From: a virus
UHGV virus genome: UHGV-0819168
Direction: 5' to 3' (one strand)
Length of the DNA: 10,131 bases
Position 1 is the first letter of the stretch. Each line of letters starts with the position of its first letter. Positions 5,972 to 10,131 of the stretch are shown piece by piece. A model generated the notes under the pieces. It saw nothing but the letters and a program-made list of their open reading frames with translations. It was not told the DNA's origin and ran no database searches. The position numbers were made by a program, and so were the translations under genes.

Positions 5972-8797
5972 TTAAACGCTCGCTACATTATACCAGGTGC
6001 CATTTATATACTTTTGAACGGGTCTGTAATAAACGCCCGCTATATTATCGGCAGAGTTAGACCCTGTATCCTGAACATTAATACCAGACAATACATGACC
6101 TGAAGGGCACTGGAAATTCCATGTTTGCCAGTTGTTCACTCCATAATATTGCTGTGAACCAAGTCGAACATCTTTCACATAACGGGAATCAAAGTTACCG
6201 TAATCCGAGGGGTTAACACGCCCTGTAATATTTATGGTTTTATTACTTTGAATGCTTCCGGAGACAAAGCGCATAACATGGACGTTATTAGCATAAACAT
6301 CCAGATTACCATCGCCATTTTGTTTAAAGCCCGTGTCATTATCACCCAATACAATCGAATTACCGCCAAGAGCACTGGATGTTCCGATACCCAGTGCACC
6401 ATTCAGTTGACCACCAGATAACGGCAGTGCACCAACATCTCCTGCTGAAGGCTTTCTGGTGGTGGTGTAAAATTCGGACCAGTCGGCTTCAAAACCATAA
6501 CCATCACGGGCTGAACGATAAAAAATACCGCCATTTTTATAATTAATCCGAAACTGAGCTGCAGGACAACTTCCTTCTCCCATATAAAAATGAATAATTA
6601 ACGTTGATGCACCACTAATAGTTGCGTTATAGGCTCCGCTACTCCAGTTCCATCCAACTGCTTTATCATTCGCAACGGTGCTTCCTGTTTTCCCTAAGGC
6701 AAACGCACCAACATGACTTGCTTTTAATGTGATATCGGAGGAACCATCAAAAGCCACATTGCTTATTTTCCTGGCAGTTTTTAATTTTGCAGCTGTAGAA
6801 GCATTGCCGGATAGTTCACCAGAAAGGCCACCGCTGAATGTTTGTCGATTAGTCCAGGTATTCGCTGTACTGAGTAACGGTATTTTCTCCCCGCTTGTGC
6901 CGAGTTCTCGTAAACCGAGGTATTCGATAACGGCGGCAACGGTCGATTTCGCAAGAATATCCCGCCCAACTTTTGTCAGGGTTGCCAGACTGGCAACATC
7001 ATTCCCCGTAAAATACGGAAACCTGTCTGCCGCAGTAGCAAGCCCGGCCAGCGCCGTCAGGGTGGCATCTTTCGGTTGCTTACCCGCAAGCGCGCTAGTC
7101 ATGGTGGTCGCAAAATTCGGGTCGTTGCCCAACGCCGCAGCCAGCTCGTTCAGCGTATTCAGTGCGTCAGGCGACGAGTCCACGAGGGCAGCGATCGCAG
7201 CCATAACATAAGCCGTGCTTGCGATTTGGGTATTATTCGTTCCCTGTCGCGCAGTTGGTGTTGTTGGCGTTCCGGTCAGTGCAGGACTATTTAAGGGCGC
7301 TTTCTTGTTCGTTTCACCCATTACCGCCTTAACCGCTTTTGGCGTTGCCGCCAGTGACTCGGAAGTGCTGTTGGTCGCACTGCTGAGCTGTACTATCCCC
7401 TTTTTCGTCGTGCTCGCATCCTCAAGCGCCACGGCGGATGCAATATCCTCTGCCCGTTTTGCCGCTGTCTCGGCGCGCGTTGCCGCGGATTCCGCCGTAC
7501 TTTTGCTCTGAGCTGCCGCCGTCGCACTGCCAGCTGCCTCTGTCGCCTTCGTGGATGCCGTCGTGGCGCTGCCCTTTGCTGCTGACGCCTGTCTGGTCGC
7601 CTCATCTTTTGAAGCAGACGCAGATGATGCCGATGACGCCGCTGAACTGGCTGACGATGCGGCTGCCGCCTTAGAGGAAGCAGCATTGTCTGCTGAAGTC
7701 TTTGCATTTGTTTCAGAGGTTTTTGCTGCAGAAGCAGACCTCGCTGCTGCAGTGGCTTGCTCAGTGGCTTTGCCAGCCTTCGTTGTGGCTGTTGAAGCGG
7801 ATGATGCGGCGCTTTCTGCCGATTTTCCGGCGGCGGTGGCACTGGCTGAGGCCTGCCCGGCACTTGTTGACGCGGCACTGGCAGATAATGCAGCCGCTGT
7901 TTTTGAACCTGCCGCAGCTGAGGCGCTCTGTCCCGCTGCTGTTTCAGAAGACTTAGCGTTCGTCTCGGACGTTTTTGCCGCCTTCGCGGAATTTCCTGCC
8001 GCCGTTGCCGAGGAAGCTGCACTACTGGCACTTGATGATGCATTCGTTTCTGAAGATTTCGCTGCCTCTTTTGAGGCCGCCGCACCCCGTGCCGAGGTGG
8101 CAGCTTCTGACGCCTTCGTGGTCGCTGTGGATGCAGAAGTGGCTGCCGATTTTTGTGATGCTGCGGCATTCGTTTCTGACGTTTTCGCGGCACTGGCGCT
8201 GGTAGCTGCCGCGCTTTTTGATGACTCTGCAGCAGCAGCACTTTTTGCTGCTTCACGGGCCTTTGTCGATGCCGTTCCTGCGCTGGAAGACGCTGACTGA
8301 GCCGACGACGCGGCCTGTCCGGCTGACGTGCTGGCGGCACGTGATGAGGCTGCAGCATCGGTTGCATGAGTTGCCGCCTCGCTGGCTGATGCACTGGCAT
8401 CGCTGGCTGATTTTTTCGCGGCTGCCGTATTCTGTGCAACCGCGGAGGCGTTACGTGACACCTCTTCTACCATCTGCTCAAAGCGGCGCAGTGCCTCCGG
8501 TCGGACATCATCCTCCGTCATGGCACCGAGAAAATCATTCAGCGTACCTGGTCTGGAACCTTCATAGACGGTAATGGTCCCGGCATGTGAAGGCGGAAAA
8601 CCTTCAACCAGCAGGGTGACGCTGTACTGACCATGCTCAACATCCATGCTGTAACGTCCGGCTTCATCCGGATTTTCAGAGGCCACCGTGTTCACCACCA
8701 CCGTGCTGCTGGTTCGTCTGGCCTTCAGCACAATGGTGCAGTTCTGTACTGGTTTTCCTGTGCCATCTTTAAGCACGCCAGAAATTTTTACTGTCAT
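5972..8797 (-). CDS. stf: Side tail fibre protein, lambda Stf-like (941 aa): conserved N-terminal domain, long Ala/Ser/Thr-rich repeat region, C-terminal ~310 aa encoded inside the invertible segment
   Basis: N-terminus [74 protein letters not shown] is near-identical to lambda Stf as recalled; repeated AAKTSETNA units; VIEYLG junction at the crossover site. Confidence 0.9.
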   Translation of the reverse strand: MTVKISGVLKDGTGKPVQNCTIVLKARRTSSTVVVNTVASENPDEAGRYSMDVEHGQYSVTLLVEGFPPSHAGTITVYEGSRPGTLNDFLGAMTEDDVRPEALRRFEQMVEEVSRNASAVAQNTAAAKKSASDASASASEAATHATDAAASSRAASTSAGQAASSAQSASSSAGTASTKAREAAKSAAAAESSKSAAATSASAAKTSETNAAASQKSAATSASTATTKASEAATSARGAAASKEAAKSSETNASSSASSAASSATAAGNSAKAAKTSETNAKSSETAAGQSASAAAGSKTAAALSASAASTSAGQASASATAAGKSAESAASSASTATTKAGKATEQATAAARSASAAKTSETNAKTSADNAASSKAAAASSASSAASSASSASASKDEATRQASAAKGSATTASTKATEAAGSATAAAQSKSTAESAATRAETAAKRAEDIASAVALEDASTTKKGIVQLSSATNSTSESLAATPKAVKAVMGETNKKAPLNSPALTGTPTTPTARQGTNNTQIASTAYVMAAIAALVDSSPDALNTLNELAAALGNDPNFATTMTSALAGKQPKDATLTALAGLATAADRFPYFTGNDVASLATLTKVGRDILAKSTVAAVIEYLGLRELGTSGEKIPLLSTANTWTNRQTFSGGLSGELSGNASTAAKLKTARKISNVAFDGSSDITLKASHVGAFALGKTGSTVANDKAVGWNWSSGAYNATISGASTLIIHFYMGEGSCPAAQFRINYKNGGIFYRSARDGYGFEADWSEFYTTTRKPSAGDVGALPLSGGQLNGALGIGTSSALGGNSIVLGDNDTGFKQNGDGNLDVYANNVHVMRFVSGSIQSNKTINITGRVNPSDYGNFDSRYVKDVRLGSQQYYGVNNWQTWNFQCPSGHVLSGINVQDTGSNSADNIAGVYYRPVQKYINGTWYNVASV
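6905..6930 (+). other. Gin/Pin-family 26-bp inversion crossover site inside stf (left-type orientation)
   Basis: ttctcgtaaaccgaggtattcgataa resembles gixL as recalled (TTCCTGTAAACCGAGGTTTTGGATAA), is inverted relative to the 3824-3849 site, and encodes VIEYLGLRE in the stf frame. Confidence 0.65.
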
Positions 8798-8811
8798 ACT
8801 TTTCCACCAAT

Positions 8812-8844
8812 AAAAAAAGCCCGCAGCAGTGACGCCACGGGCTT
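8812..8844 (-). terminator. Rho-independent terminator downstream of lom, 15 nt upstream of the stf start
   Basis: Minus-strand stem aagcccg / cgggctt followed by a T7 run (plus-strand aaaaaaa at 8812-8818). Confidence 0.6.
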
Positions 8845-8948
8845 CAGGACGGTGTAACTTTACGTTTCCTCAAACGCAGTTCACCCCATAAGGTGGATGA
8901 ACCTGCGTATCATAACAATATTTACAGAAGATAAATCGGCGTCTGTTG

Positions 8949-9548
8949 TCAGAAACGGTATCCGATACCAACAATAAATGCATCCGTTCGCCAGTCGCCA
9001 CTACCGGAACCTTCATAAGCAAGGTCAATGGTCACGGATTCGGTCGGGTTAAACTGCACGCCAGCCCCCCACGCCAGAGACGTGTTGCTGTGGCGACCGT
9101 CATCACTTCCGGTCAGCACATCGTGCGTTTTCCCCTTGTTGTCAGTTACGCGGAGATAATCCCCGGAGAAAGTCGACACACGGCTGTAAGCCACACCCGC
9201 CATCGCATACGCGCTGAACCATTCATTCACGCGTACAGACGGCCCCGCCATCACGCTGAACCAGCGGTTACGCACGGAATCTTCATGCCAGCGGGTATCG
9301 CTGTAGCGCGTTTTTTGCTCATCCTCAGCATTGGCATAACTGAAGGACGTAATCAGCCCCAGCGCGTCCGTAAACTCATAACGGTATTTCACGTTAATCC
9401 CGTTCAGATCATCACTACCGGGAACGTTCGTCGAGGCATGGAGATACCCCGCGCTCAGCGTGGACTGATGTTCTGCTGCACTCGCTGGCGTAGCAGCGGC
9501 GACCTGCCAGACTACTGCGGACAAAATAACAGCACATAATTTACGCAT
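8949..9548 (-). CDS. lom: Lom/Ail/OmpX-family outer membrane beta-barrel protein (lambda Lom homologue)
   Basis: Signal peptide MRKLCAVILSAVVWQVAAATPASA; motifs GINVKYRYEFTD, SVMAGPSV, SAYAMAGVAYSR, AYEGSGSGDWRTDAFIVGIGYRF match lambda Lom as recalled. RBS gagagg upstream. Confidence 0.9.
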   Translation of the reverse strand: MRKLCAVILSAVVWQVAAATPASAAEHQSTLSAGYLHASTNVPGSDDLNGINVKYRYEFTDALGLITSFSYANAEDEQKTRYSDTRWHEDSVRNRWFSVMAGPSVRVNEWFSAYAMAGVAYSRVSTFSGDYLRVTDNKGKTHDVLTGSDDGRHSNTSLAWGAGVQFNPTESVTIDLAYEGSGSGDWRTDAFIVGIGYRF

Positions 9549-9572
9549 AATTACCTCTCGCTTTTCTGCAAT

Positions 9573-9597
9573 AAAAAAGGCGCCATTTCTGGCGCCC
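9573..9597 (-). terminator. Rho-independent terminator between J and lom
   Basis: Palindrome ggcgcca / tggcgcc (9579-9597) followed on the minus strand by a T6 run (plus-strand aaaaaa at 9573-9578). Confidence 0.6.
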
Positions 9598-9615
9598 GTA
9601 TCTGGGTTATAAAAT

Positions 9616-10131
9616 TCAGCTAATCGTGATGCCTGCAGTGGCTTTCTTCATCACCACAACCAGCAAATCGCTGATACTTGCTGTGGGATACCAGTTATTT
9701 ACCAGCCATGCTGACACCGAAAACTCCAGTGTCATGTGACCGTGACCGGCAGGCATATCAATAACACCACTGTAAATCAGCGTATTATCCAGCGCGGTAC
9801 GGTTATAAATTTCAGCACCGTTTTTCCGCACTATCAGACGGCATGAGGAGTAAATATCAGTATGCTCTTTCTCATGTTTAGCGCCGCTGAATGCCACCGC
9901 CGGAATAACAATCTGCCGGTCAAACGGCTGATCGTCATAAACCCTGACGGTAATGGTTCCTGATGGCCACCGCTCCGGTGCACGGGAGTCCCGGGGGAAA
10001 GCTTTGCCCACTGTTTTAACGAGATCGCCTTCAATCTGGTTCGCGGACAATTTTCCCAGAACCCGACAGTTCTCGTTAATCGTGACGTTGTTGAGCGTCC
10101 CGGAGTTCGCATTCACGTTACCGCTGATATC
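9616..10131 (-). CDS. J: Tail tip / host specificity protein J, C-terminal receptor-binding region (partial; gene continues beyond the window end)
   Basis: [52 protein letters not shown] match the C-terminal part of lambda gpJ as recalled; the open frame continues to the window edge. Confidence 0.85.
   Translation of the reverse strand, partial: DISGNVNANSGTLNNVTINENCRVLGKLSANQIEGDLVKTVGKAFPRDSRAPERWPSGTITVRVYDDQPFDRQIVIPAVAFSGAKHEKEHTDIYSSCRLIVRKNGAEIYNRTALDNTLIYSGVIDMPAGHGHMTLEFSVSAWLVNNWYPTASISDLLVVVMKKATAGITIS

Larger units (their letters stand above)
3824..6930. other. Invertible DNA segment (Mu G-segment / e14 P-segment type) carrying alternative tail fibre C-termini and tfa genes
   Basis: Bounded by inverted 26-bp crossover sites; contains two divergent fibre C-terminal cassettes and two tfa genes in inverted symmetry; adjacent invertase remnant. 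Confidence 0.7.

Noticed and set aside
6729-7211. 160-aa plus-strand ORF and 62-aa minus-strand ORF 6781-6969
   Set aside because: Antisense or out-of-frame within the well-supported stf coding region; no start context or recognisable motifs.
7393-8439. 348-aa minus-strand ORF extremely rich in Arg/Pro/Gln, plus plus-strand ORFs 7551-8300 (Ala-rich), 7076-7294, 7215-7511, 7438-7674, 7702-7956, 7975-8205 and 8218-8574
   Set aside because: All lie inside stf and are alternative-frame or antisense readings of its GC-rich Ala/Ser/Thr repeat region; low-complexity composition; stf itself has strong homology support.
5972-8797. Diversity-generating retroelement or other targeted hypermutation of the fibre gene
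   Set aside because: No reverse transcriptase ORF and no template/variable repeat pair at the fibre C-terminus; fibre variation is explained by the inversion switch.
8633-8857. 74-aa plus-strand ORF
   Set aside because: Antisense to the conserved stf N-terminus and the lom terminator.
8946-9539. 197-aa plus-strand ORF
   Set aside because: Exactly antisense to lom, which has a signal peptide and strong Lom-family motifs; composition (Arg/His/Pro-rich) is typical of an antisense artefact.
9834-10112. 92-aa minus-strand ORF
   Set aside because: Alternative frame within the J coding region.

Overview
This window is a mosaic lambdoid phage or prophage segment of Enterobacteriaceae (E. coli-like) type, read here from sequence alone with protein comparisons made from memory. 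On the minus strand, right to left, it carries the 3' end of the tail-tip host-specificity gene J (partial), the outer-membrane moron lom, a lambda-type side tail fibre gene stf and its assembly gene tfa, with intrinsic terminators after J and after lom. The stf C-terminus and tfa sit inside a ~3.1 kb Gin/Pin-type invertible segment bounded by inverted 26-bp crossover sites (3824-3849 and 6905-6930), which also holds a silent alternative fibre C-terminus and a second tfa on the plus strand. The cognate invertase gene pin survives only as a ~60-codon 5' remnant. To its left lies an AT-rich class I SAM-dependent methyltransferase with its own promoter, bracketed by ~135-bp direct repeats derived from the 3' end of a lambda-like tfa; this is the most likely candidate for something undescribed. 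Further left are a 127-bp perfect direct repeat (1-127 and 2177-2303), a Rha-family gene with a strong promoter and structured leader, an attP-like AT-rich region with four GTTTTGCAGA repeats, and the catalytic-domain portion of a lambda-Int-like integrase that appears 5'-truncated. No rRNA, tRNA, CRISPR array or transposase was seen.
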